The notes beneath the pieces are model-generated. The model did not search any database. It saw nothing but the letters and a program-made list of their open reading frames with translations, and was not told the origin of the DNA. Of a DNA stretch of 64,000 bases, positions 57,434-64,000 are shown in pieces. The stretch is taken from sequence record NC_106513.1. One strand, written 5' to 3'. Both the position numbers and the translations under genes were made by a program. Position 1 is the first letter of the stretch; each line of letters begins with the position of its first letter. Origin of the DNA: Escherichia phage vB_EcoS_ESCO30.

Positions 57434-57506
57434 TGCGGGTGGGAGGCATAGAGTTCTTCTTAGTCTCATAAGCTAAGTAAGTCCAGGGCAGTACTGGAAC
57501 CCGCTA
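57434..57506 (+). tRNA. tRNA-like gene with CAT anticodon and non-canonical T-loop
   Basis: 6-bp acceptor pairing; loop CTCATAA; T-arm TCCAG-GGCAGTA-CTGGA lacks TTCRA consensus. Confidence 0.35.
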
Positions 57507-57527
57507 CCAATTTCAAGAAAAACGCAG

Positions 57528-57556
57528 TTGCTTAATGCTTAATTTCTTGTTATAAT
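57528..57556 (+). promoter_or_regulatory. sigma70-like promoter driving an untranslated leader into tRNA genes
   Basis: TTGCTT-17-TATAAT; followed by GATGAGGAGAAATCCTCATC hairpin, no ORF before tRNA-Ala. Confidence 0.5.
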
Positions 57557-57794
57557 ATTTATATAAATTGATGAGGAGAAATCCTCATCATAGTTCACTA
57601 AGGTATTAGCTCGACCTAGGACTGGCTGCCAAAAAGCACGATCCCTACTATTTGGGAGAAGTTCTAGATTAGTCCACTAGATTCAGCGGCAACTGAATAG
57701 TGTATTGGGTTTGCGAGATGACGCAGTTCCTTCCGCTCGAAGCGAAGGTGCTGTAGTTACGCCGAGCTAATAGCCTTAGTAAACTAAAGAATTT

Positions 57795-57866
57795 GGGCGA
57801 ATAGTGTCAGCGGGAGCACACCAGACTTGCAATCTGGTAGGGAGGGTTCGAGTCCCTCTTTGTCCA
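57795..57866 (+). tRNA. tRNA-Ala (anticodon TGC)
   Basis: Acceptor GGGCGAA/TTTGTCC (G-U pairs); D-stem GTGT/GCAC; CCAGA-CTTGCAA-TCTGG; T-arm GAGGG-TTCGAGT-CCCTC; encoded CCA. Confidence 0.65.
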
Positions 57867-57874
57867 CCAAATTC

Positions 57875-57956
57875 GGGGCTATGCTGGAACTGGTAGACAA
57901 TACGGCCTTAGATTCCGTAGCTTAAATGCGTGGGAGTTCGAGTCTCCCTAGCCCCA
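57875..57956 (+). tRNA. tRNA-Leu (anticodon TAG), type II
   Basis: Perfect acceptor GGGGCTA/TAGCCCC; loop CTTAGAT; long variable region; T-arm GGGAG-TTCGAGT-CTCCC; encoded CCA. Confidence 0.5.
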
Positions 57957-57976
57957 CCAACTCATAGGATTTATGT

Positions 57977-58561
57977 ATGCAGTTTGTACCAGTAAAAGAT
58001 GCACCAGGGTATTTAGTAAATGAGGCGGGGGATGTGTTCTCTACATTTACTAATAAAGTTTTATCAAGATATATAGTTGATGGATACCCTGCTGTAAAAT
58101 TACAGATAAATGGTAAACAAACCTCTGTACTTATACACCGAATTATTTCTCATGTATTTGGGGACTTATATAATCTATTTGACCCTGAATTAGAGGTAGA
58201 TCATAAGGATAGAGATAGACTGAATCTATCTAAAGATAATCTTCAAGTCCTATCAAAAATAGAACATCAGAGGAAAACTAATAAAGATAATGGGTGGTCT
58301 GACAGTAGAGTACCTTGCCCCCTATGTGGGAGTCTAATGCTTCAGAGATCTGTAACATGTACAAATTGTAAGCCAAAACCTACAGGAAGGTTGATAAAAC
58401 CAGAATTGTCTTTAGACGACATAACTGAAAAGGTTTTATTAATGGGGTGGGTTAAGGCAGCTAAAGAGTTAGAAGTATCAGAGTCCACTTTGCGCAGGAG
58501 GTATACTAAACTAACTGGATTAAGCCCAAAAGTATTAACAGAACAACGGAAAAGCAAATAG
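57977..58561 (+). CDS. HNH homing endonuclease (NUMOD-like N-terminus + HNH)
   Basis: ...LIHRIISHVFGDL...EVDHKDRDRLNLSKDNLQVLSKIEHQRK... HNH core; embedded in tRNA cluster. Confidence 0.65.
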   Translation: MQFVPVKDAPGYLVNEAGDVFSTFTNKVLSRYIVDGYPAVKLQINGKQTSVLIHRIISHVFGDLYNLFDPELEVDHKDRDRLNLSKDNLQVLSKIEHQRKTNKDNGWSDSRVPCPLCGSLMLQRSVTCTNCKPKPTGRLIKPELSLDDITEKVLLMGWVKAAKELEVSESTLRRRYTKLTGLSPKVLTEQRKSK

Positions 58562-58638
58562 ACTGGCGACTAAACCCGATTGGAAATCGGTTGAGTAATA
58601 GCAATATTGCCTTATGGGTTCAACTCCCATCTTTTCCG
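58548..58638 (+). tRNA. tRNA-Ser (anticodon GGA), type II
   Basis: Perfect acceptor GGAAAAG/CTTTTCC; ACCGA-TTGGAAA-TCGGT anticodon arm; long variable arm; T-arm ATGGG-TTCAACT-CCCAT; overlaps 3' end of HNH CDS. Confidence 0.5.
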
Positions 58639-58648
58639 CCAAACAAAT

Positions 58649-58735
58649 GGAAGATAGGACGTAGTGGTACGTAACTGGTCTTGAAAACCAGCCCGCTGTA
58701 GTGATACGGTGATGGTTCGACTCCATTATCTTCTG
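58649..58735 (+). tRNA. tRNA-Ser (anticodon TGA), type II
   Basis: Acceptor GGAAGAT/ATCTTCT; perfect CTGGT-CTTGAAA-ACCAG anticodon arm; long variable arm; T-arm GATGG-TTCGACT-CCATT; encoded CCA. Confidence 0.6.
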
Positions 58736-58754
58736 CCAACTTATAGGGTAATAT

Positions 58755-58937
58755 ATGTCTTTAACGAAAACTGTGAAGGTTACACTAACTGATGGCACAG
58801 AGTTTAGTGCACAAATAACCTTACTAGAAGACGGTTATTGGGAAGTATATCTTCCACACGTTAATTCTACTGGTAGAGGATGGACTCAACAACAGGCTAT
58901 TGTTGATGCTTTAAATGAGGCTTCCGCTGGTTTATAA
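58755..58937 (+). CDS. hypothetical protein
   Basis: 60 aa ORF. Confidence 0.4.
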   Translation: MSLTKTVKVTLTDGTEFSAQITLLEDGYWEVYLPHVNSTGRGWTQQQAIVDALNEASAGL

Positions 58938-59304
58938 AAATTCTTGGAATATGCCGGAATTGGTAGACGGGACTGCCCAATAGGTTTACTAGGAACATCC
59001 ACTCCTAGAAATATACCTTAAAAGCGGTTGAGTTAAATGGTCTAACTCATGAAGGTTCAAGTCCTTCTGCTTCTTGATACATCTATGGCTCAAAGTGTAA
59101 CGGTGCTATTTGATGCTCTTGGAAAGACTTTCCCGACAGGCGTTCGGGGGTAAGCTTCTGAGGCTAGAATAGAAGAGTTTCTGAGAGCCGCCACAATTGA
59201 AAATTCGTACTCGTCTTGAGCTGCGTGCAATAGGAGATAACTTGATTAGTATTCTAGAACATGCTAATTGAGGATGGTTTCGCTAACCCTGCGAGTTTTC
59301 AATT

Positions 59305-59378
59305 GTGGCTATATCATAATTGGTTAATGATCCTGATTGTGAATCAGGCCTATGTGGATTCGAATTCCACTAGCCACC
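59305..59378 (+). tRNA. tRNA-His (anticodon GTG)
   Basis: Perfect acceptor GTGGCTA/TAGCCAC; CCTGA-TTGTGAA-TCAGG anticodon arm; T-arm GTGGA-TTCGAAT-TCCAC; encoded CCA. Confidence 0.65.
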
Positions 59379-59406
59379 CCAAATTAACTTAAATAGGAAA
59401 TAAAAT

Positions 59407-59604
59407 ATGGCTGATTTCTGCAAACAATGCTCCATTGATATGTGGGGCAGAGATACTGGTGATCTTTCTGGTTTGATTACAGAAGCCGAAGTCAAAGAAG
59501 GTTATGGTGCAGTTGTGATTTGCGAAGGATGCGGAGTTATTCGAGTAGATCATGAAGGCAAACGTTTAGAAGAACCGGAAAATTTAGGAGAAACAAATGA
59601 GTAA
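59407..59604 (+). CDS. hypothetical Cys-containing small protein
   Basis: 65 aa; CKQCS...CEGCG cysteine pairs. Confidence 0.4.
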   Translation: MADFCKQCSIDMWGRDTGDLSGLITEAEVKEGYGAVVICEGCGVIRVDHEGKRLEEPENLGETNE

Positions 59605-59833
59605 TGCTTTAATTAGTGAAATTATGTTAACACGTCTTGCAGAACTGCAAACTCTTCGAGATGAATCTCAGAATAACTTAGCCTATCATAAACAGATGGT
59701 AGATACTCTTACTACTCGTATTGAAACTTACGAGCGTGATATTGCAGCATTACAAGCTCTTTTCTCTGTATCAGCACCAGATACATTAGAACAGCCTGCC
59801 GTATCTCAGCCGGTAGAAACAGCATCTAGTTAA
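59597..59833 (+). CDS. hypothetical protein
   Basis: 78 aa ORF overlapping previous by 8 nt. Confidence 0.4.
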   Translation: MSNALISEIMLTRLAELQTLRDESQNNLAYHKQMVDTLTTRIETYERDIAALQALFSVSAPDTLEQPAVSQPVETASS

Positions 59834-59842
59834 TAGCATTCT

Positions 59843-59915
59843 TGGAGTGTAGATCAATTGGCAGATCGTCGGCCTCTGACTCCGAAGGTTCCTGGTTCGA
59901 TCCCAGGCACTCCAG
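59843..59915 (+). tRNA. tRNA-Gln (anticodon CTG)
   Basis: Perfect acceptor TGGAGTG/CACTCCA; loop CTCTGAC; T-arm CCTGG-TTCGATC-CCAGG; encoded CCA. Confidence 0.5.
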
Positions 59916-59924
59916 CCAAACAAT

Positions 59925-59997
59925 TGGAGAGTAGTGTAACGGTTAGCACAACGGCCTTTGACTCCGTTAATGGTAGGTTCGATTCCTCCTTCTCCAG
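59925..59997 (+). tRNA. tRNA-Gln (anticodon TTG)
   Basis: Acceptor TGGAGAG/TTCTCCA; D-stem GTGT/GCAC; loop CTTTGAC; T-loop TTCGATT; encoded CCA. Confidence 0.5.
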
Positions 59998-60008
59998 CCA
60001 AACAATAA

Positions 60009-60081
60009 GCGGTTAAGCACACGGGTTGTGTCGCAGGCCTTCCAAGCCTCGCTGAGTAGGGTTCGATTCCCTCTAGCCGCT
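60009..60081 (+). tRNA. tRNA-Gly (anticodon TCC)
   Basis: Acceptor GCGGTTA/TAGCCGC; AGGC-CTTCCAA-GCCT anticodon hairpin; T-loop TTCGATT; encoded CCA. Confidence 0.5.
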
Positions 60082-60100
60082 CCAACTTTAAGGAAACGTT

Positions 60101-60322
60101 ATGCACGTTTTTGAGTTTCGTAATAAAAGTACCAATAAACGAGTTATTGTTATTGGGGAAACATATCGAGCATATGAACAAACTGACGGCTCTGTTATCT
60201 TGAATGATGAGAAAGGGGGTTTTAGCTTTTATCCAGAAGAAACGTATGAGGGGTTTCGTACTAAGTTTCTTTTACCAGACTGGCTAGCAGTAGCCGAGCA
60301 ACGAGAATCCGAAGATGGCTGA
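60101..60322 (+). CDS. hypothetical protein
   Basis: 73 aa ORF. Confidence 0.4.
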   Translation: MHVFEFRNKSTNKRVIVIGETYRAYEQTDGSVILNDEKGGFSFYPEETYEGFRTKFLLPDWLAVAEQRESEDG

Positions 60323-60479
60323 TAACCTAAAATTAAGAGTTGACAAACAAAAGAAATACGTTGAGGTTGAATTAGGCGAAGAACGCTTAAAGCTAACTTT
60401 CGAGTTTCTTCAGCAGTTGGCTATGACAGTTATGACTGATAAGTCTCCTGTTATTGAAAAAGAAATCCCGTTGAAATAA
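60315..60479 (+). CDS. hypothetical small protein
   Basis: 54-aa ORF overlapping previous stop (ATGGCTGA), coiled-coil-like. Confidence 0.3.
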   Translation: MADNLKLRVDKQKKYVEVELGEERLKLTFEFLQQLAMTVMTDKSPVIEKEIPLK

Positions 60480-60489
60480 CGGGATTATC

Positions 60490-60561
60490 GCTCCTAAAGC
60501 ATTGCTGGCGATGCAGCTGCCTTGTAAGCATCTGAACCGGGTTCGATTCCTGGTGGGAGCA
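60490..60561 (+). tRNA. tRNA-Thr (anticodon TGT)
   Basis: Acceptor GCTCCTA/TGGGAGC; D-arm GCAT...ATGC; loop CTTGTAA; T-arm CCGGG-TTCGATT-CCTGG; encoded CCA. Confidence 0.55.
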
Positions 60562-60579
60562 CCAAATTTAAAAATTCAT

Positions 60580-60608
60580 TTGCCTTCTCTCTTATTTCTT
60601 GTTATAAT
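60580..60608 (+). promoter_or_regulatory. sigma70-like early promoter
   Basis: TTGCCT-17-TATAAT plus conserved leader. Confidence 0.5.
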
Positions 60609-60638
60609 ATTTATATAAGTTAATGAGAGGGAAACCAA

Positions 60639-60932
60639 ATGAAACGTTATCTTTCTGTTGTGTTCCAAACTGGTGGTCAACGCTATACCTATGAATTTCC
60701 TAGCTCTTGGAAGATCAAAGAAGGTGATCAAGTAGTAGTGTTAACACCGCGTGAGGGTTTCAAGGTAGTAACGGTTAAGCAAGTATTTCCAAAAGAGCAT
60801 GAACCAGCTAAAGGCATTCGCTATAAGATGATTCATGGTGTAGTTCGTCAAGTACCACGAGTGGAGGTCGAAATCAAAGTAGATAAAGATGGTAAACTTA
60901 AATATACCTCTTGCTTAGACGAGTTGCTATAA
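60639..60932 (+). CDS. hypothetical protein
   Basis: 97 aa ORF with GAGAGGG SD. Confidence 0.45.
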   Translation: MKRYLSVVFQTGGQRYTYEFPSSWKIKEGDQVVVLTPREGFKVVTVKQVFPKEHEPAKGIRYKMIHGVVRQVPRVEVEIKVDKDGKLKYTSCLDELL

Positions 60933-61138
60933 TGAGGATTACTTTTACAGAAAAGATCATGAGTAATGGTGTTATGATCATTACCGCATGGGATGGCAAT
61001 CAGTGGTGTAGTGTTTCAGGTATTAAGCCTGAAAAACAAACACTAGAAAATATCTCAAAGATTAAGCGAAGAATGGCAGAACGTGCACGACTTCCAGGTG
61101 CACCTAGAAATGGCAAACGTTCTGCTGTAAAATGTTAA
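60932..61138 (+). CDS. hypothetical protein
   Basis: Start at MRITFTEK overlapping previous stop (TAATG). Confidence 0.4.
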   Translation: MRITFTEKIMSNGVMIITAWDGNQWCSVSGIKPEKQTLENISKIKRRMAERARLPGAPRNGKRSAVKC

Positions 61139-61139
61139 T

Positions 61140-61213
61140 GCTTCGGTAGCTTAGCGATCTAAAGCACTCGGCTGATAACCGAGAGATCGGGGGTTTAAAT
61201 CCCTCCCGGAGTA
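61140..61213 (+). tRNA. tRNA-Ile (anticodon GAT)
   Basis: Acceptor GCTTCGG/CCGGAGT; D-stem GCTT/AAGC; perfect CTCGG-CTGATAA-CCGAG; unusual T-loop TTTAAAT; encoded CCA. Confidence 0.55.
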
Positions 61214-61312
61214 CCAAATTTAGGAATTAAGACTATGCGTCCAGGAAAGTTTAAAAAAGCTAATTGGACTAAAGAGTATAAAGAATACTTACTTAGCCTA
61301 ATAAAACATAAT

Positions 61313-61385
61313 AGTTAGTTGGCAGAGTGGTTATGCACCTCCTTCATACGGAGCGACTACAGTGGTTCAAATCCACTACTAACTA
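61313..61385 (+). tRNA. tRNA with CAT anticodon (Met or Ile-lysidine)
   Basis: Perfect acceptor AGTTAGT/ACTAACT; loop TTCATAC; T-arm AGTGG-TTCAAAT-CCACT; no encoded CCA. Confidence 0.5.
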
Positions 61386-61425
61386 TCATTAAAAGAGCTA
61401 GAGATAGCTAACTTTAGGAGCAGCT

Positions 61426-61620
61426 ATGTTAACAATTAAAATAATGTCAGCCAAGAATGGGGAACAGATTCATACAGGCAAAAGTGTAAGCTTTAATCCT
61501 AGAAATAAAAGATTGGCTATAGTTGGAGTAGACCAAGCCATCTTTTTAAAAGAAGATGAAGTAGCATATGTCATGAACCAAACTGGTAAGACAGTTTCCG
61601 TATACTATGGAAAAGTATAA
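61426..61620 (+). CDS. hypothetical protein
   Basis: 64 aa ORF with AGGAG SD. Confidence 0.45.
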   Translation: MLTIKIMSAKNGEQIHTGKSVSFNPRNKRLAIVGVDQAIFLKEDEVAYVMNQTGKTVSVYYGKV

Positions 61621-61662
61621 AGAATAAATAGCTGAGCCAAATTCTAACATCGGGGAGATCTA

Positions 61663-62031
61663 ATGAAAGCATATCAAAATCTTAAATCTGGCGTAATTAA
61701 CCTTGTTCATGAAAATCAGATTATTCAGCTATACTCCGACAATGGTGAACTTAAACAGAAAGTTCTAGTTGAAGATCTAGAAGGTATCACACCACAATTC
61801 GATCCAGAAGCCTTCCGTGAAGTCAAAGTGGAAGTCGCCCCTCAAATCGAAGGTGGTCAGCACCTAAATGTCAATGTATTAAGCCGTGATCAGCTTTTGG
61901 ATGCACAGAAACATCCTGAAAAATACCCTCAATTAACTATCCGTGTTTCAGGGTACGCTGTACGTTTTAATGCACTGACTCGTGAACAGCAGAACGACGT
62001 TATTAGTCGTACATTTACTCAGGCGATGTAA
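61663..62031 (+). CDS. grcA: autonomous glycyl radical cofactor (GrcA/YfiD-like)
   Basis: 122 aa; C-terminal ...[56 protein letters not shown] closely matches E. coli YfiD glycyl-radical region. Confidence 0.75.
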   Translation: MKAYQNLKSGVINLVHENQIIQLYSDNGELKQKVLVEDLEGITPQFDPEAFREVKVEVAPQIEGGQHLNVNVLSRDQLLDAQKHPEKYPQLTIRVSGYAVRFNALTREQQNDVISRTFTQAM

Positions 62032-62112
62032 TGGGGTTTGGATACGATTTCTCCGAACTACGTGAGGTAGTCGAGCAAATTCCATTTATCTCCCAAGTTT
62101 TAGGAGAAATGT

Positions 62113-62418
62113 GTGGATCGAGCATTAAGACGCCATCATCGGCAACGTGTGAAGAACAACCGCAAGAAGTATTGGACAGTCTTCCCACATGAAGAAAGCC
62201 CTAAGCGGTTAGGTATTATCACTACTACTCCTTGCATTTGTTCTTGTTGGATGTGTGGGAACCCTCGCAAATACTATAAAAATAGTAAAGCAGGTATGAA
62301 AACCTCGGAGATCAGGAAAATGGAAGCGATGATTGCGGACATCACCTATACTGGTGGTATTTCAAATGATGAATTTGATGGCTTCGTAGCGTTCGAAGAT
62401 GAACGTCCCGATCTGTAA
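62113..62418 (+). CDS. hypothetical Cys-containing protein (GTG start)
   Basis: 101 aa; CICSCWMCG motif; TAGGAGA SD 5 nt upstream. Confidence 0.4.
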   Translation: MDRALRRHHRQRVKNNRKKYWTVFPHEESPKRLGIITTTPCICSCWMCGNPRKYYKNSKAGMKTSEIRKMEAMIADITYTGGISNDEFDGFVAFEDERPDL

Positions 62419-62427
62419 TTAATAACA

Positions 62428-62466
62428 AACCCCAGCTATTGAATAAGTAGTCTGGGGTTTTTCTGT
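62428..62466 (+). terminator. rho-independent terminator
   Basis: CCCCAG-loop-CTGGGG hairpin followed by TTTTTCTGT. Confidence 0.65.
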
Positions 62467-62539
62467 ATACAGGAAAATAGTTTATGTATAATAAAATTCA
62501 TCCACATTAGGTTAATTTAAAAGACTTAATGGAGGTAAT

Positions 62540-62887
62540 ATGAGCCGTACTTATCGTAGACAATCTGGTGATCAGTGGTGGAAGTCTAAAGAACAATTCT
62601 CTCAAGAATATTCTTTCCTTAAAGAAAATGGCTACTGGATTCGTGTTATTTATGCTAAATCCTGGGATGATGTAGAACAGGAAATGAAGGAAGCAACCAT
62701 TCGTAATGAGAAAAAGGATGGTTATAACTGGAATTCTATTAGTAAGAATGTTAAGTGGCATTCTAATAAAATGGTTCGTCAAGGGAATCGTCAAGAACTC
62801 CACCGCGTGATGAAAGATCCAGAAAATGATGATTATAATCGCGATCATGACATGCGTAAGCGTGGGTTATGGTGGCGCTATGACTAA
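62540..62887 (+). CDS. hypothetical protein
   Basis: 115 aa ORF with GGAGG SD. Confidence 0.45.
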   Translation: MSRTYRRQSGDQWWKSKEQFSQEYSFLKENGYWIRVIYAKSWDDVEQEMKEATIRNEKKDGYNWNSISKNVKWHSNKMVRQGNRQELHRVMKDPENDDYNRDHDMRKRGLWWRYD

Positions 62888-62904
62888 ATTCTGAAATAAT
62901 TCAT

Positions 62905-62933
62905 TTGCTAAACCTCTCTTTTCTTGCTATAAT
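62905..62933 (+). promoter_or_regulatory. sigma70-like early promoter
   Basis: TTGCTA-17-TATAAT plus conserved leader. Confidence 0.5.
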
Positions 62934-62963
62934 ATGTTTATAAATTGATGAGAGAGGTTTGAA

Positions 62964-63245
62964 ATGAAAACTCGTCTAGACTGTGCTGTTCATGTTCTTG
63001 AACATGATGTTGCGGGAACCTGTATGTCTTACCACGAAGCAGGTCGTTTAATTAAAGAACGTGTGGCAGATGTGTGCGGATTGAAGATTACTGCTGAGGA
63101 AGCTGATGATCTTTTAGGTCAAGCACTGGAGAAAACCGAAATGTTTCTCTGCGATTCTTGTTCTTGGTGGTGTGAAGCTCACGAACGTTCTTTCAACGAT
63201 TATGATGTATGTCGTGATTGTAGTGGGGAGGATGAAGATGAATAA
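62964..63245 (+). CDS. hypothetical Cys-rich protein with acidic C-terminus
   Basis: 93 aa; CDSCSWWCEAHE...CRDCSGEDEDE. Confidence 0.45.
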   Translation: MKTRLDCAVHVLEHDVAGTCMSYHEAGRLIKERVADVCGLKITAEEADDLLGQALEKTEMFLCDSCSWWCEAHERSFNDYDVCRDCSGEDEDE

Positions 63246-63537
63246 GTTTATTATTGCACTGATGATCTCCGCAGTTAGTTTCGGTTCTCTGGCGTCTACC
63301 AAAGTTTCTATGAAAAATGGTAATGTTAAAGTCCAACAGAACGGCATTATTACAGAGTATGGTAAAGTTCGTGATGTTAAGGAACGTAATGGTAAAGTAG
63401 AAATATATACTAATAAAAACTTCTCTACTCCGGCTGTTACTGTTAGCAAACGTGGTGAGATAACTACTCAACGTACTAATAGCTCTAGTTCTTTTACTTG
63501 TCGTTATGATTGCGACTTCGAAGGTGAAGATGAATAA
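63232..63537 (+). CDS. hypothetical secreted protein (signal peptide)
   Basis: Start MKMNKFIIALMISAVSFGSLAS; overlaps previous ORF; ends CRYDCDFEGEDE. Confidence 0.45.
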   Translation: MKMNKFIIALMISAVSFGSLASTKVSMKNGNVKVQQNGIITEYGKVRDVKERNGKVEIYTNKNFSTPAVTVSKRGEITTQRTNSSSSFTCRYDCDFEGEDE

Positions 63538-63925
63538 TTTAGATCCTAGAATTAAATTTGCAATTACAGAAATCCAAGATCAAATTGATGAGGACTTCAC
63601 TGTTTGGTCAAGGTCCGGTAATGGGGAATACTGCCAGCTTTATAGCATGAAAATGGGCATTTCAATCGAGCTTAACATTAACTCTGAAGGTAGAGTAGAA
63701 GCCCAACCACTATTCAGTGTTCCAGGCTTCTCTGGATTTGTTGCAGGTATGAAATTGTGTCTACCAAATAACCATCTTCATCGAGTTATTTGTCAGCTAG
63801 AGACTATTAAACATTTCTTGCCAGAAGGTAACATTAATGACTACTACCATGAAGTTGTAGCAGCTCATATGATGAAAGAACGCAAACGTCGGAGAGAAGA
63901 ACGTGAAAAAGCTAAACATCAATAG
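63530..63925 (+). CDS. hypothetical protein
   Basis: Start MNNLDPRIKF overlapping previous stop (ATGAATAA). Confidence 0.45.
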   Translation: MNNLDPRIKFAITEIQDQIDEDFTVWSRSGNGEYCQLYSMKMGISIELNINSEGRVEAQPLFSVPGFSGFVAGMKLCLPNNHLHRVICQLETIKHFLPEGNINDYYHEVVAAHMMKERKRRREEREKAKHQ

Positions 63926-64000
63926 CACAGTGCAGATTCCAGCAACTAAGGACATCTTAACATTCCTGCGTAGTGAGAATACACAATTTTGGCATGACTA

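Noticed and set aside
36293-62933. Possibility that the repeated about 60-bp elements form a CRISPR array or MITE-like repeat family
   Set aside because: Copies are separated by whole genes (hundreds to thousands of bp), each precedes a start codon, and each contains -35/-10 hexamers; they are promoters, not a repeat-spacer array

Overview
This window reads as a T5-like siphovirus (Demerecviridae-type) genome segment; that identification rests on recognised gene content and protein motifs, not on any database search. Four blocks: (1) 1-6845, plus strand, tail genes ending in a 1309-aa L-shaped tail fibre with SETNA-type tandem repeats and a C-terminal intramolecular-chaperone domain; (2) 6888-36111, minus strand, early replication/recombination genes (dUTPase, flap endonuclease, SbcCD-like pair, SF2 helicase, 855-aa family-A DNA polymerase, DnaG-like primase, DnaB-like helicase, split NAD-dependent ligase, anaerobic RNR NrdD) interrupted by HNH and T5orf172-type homing-endonuclease-like genes and by an accessory islet (30180-33300) holding a zinc-ribbon-less Sir2-like protein, a HAD-like hydrolase and a tandem paralog pair; (3) 36398-48642, plus strand, nucleotide metabolism (PhoH, NrdA, NrdB, DHFR, ThyA, RNase H) plus small accessory genes including a DEDDh-like exonuclease, a receiver-domain-like protein, a secreted SleB-like hydrolase and a GatB/YqeY-like protein; (4) 48660-63925, a tRNA cluster of about 25 hand-folded tRNA or tRNA-like genes interleaved with small ORFs, an SPFH protein, a minus-strand Gln-rich/Gly-rich membrane gene pair and a GrcA (YfiD) glycyl-radical cofactor homolog. 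A near-identical sigma70-like promoter plus leader cassette recurs at least 25 times. All tRNA coordinates and anticodons were folded by eye and need tRNAscan-SE or ARAGORN confirmation.
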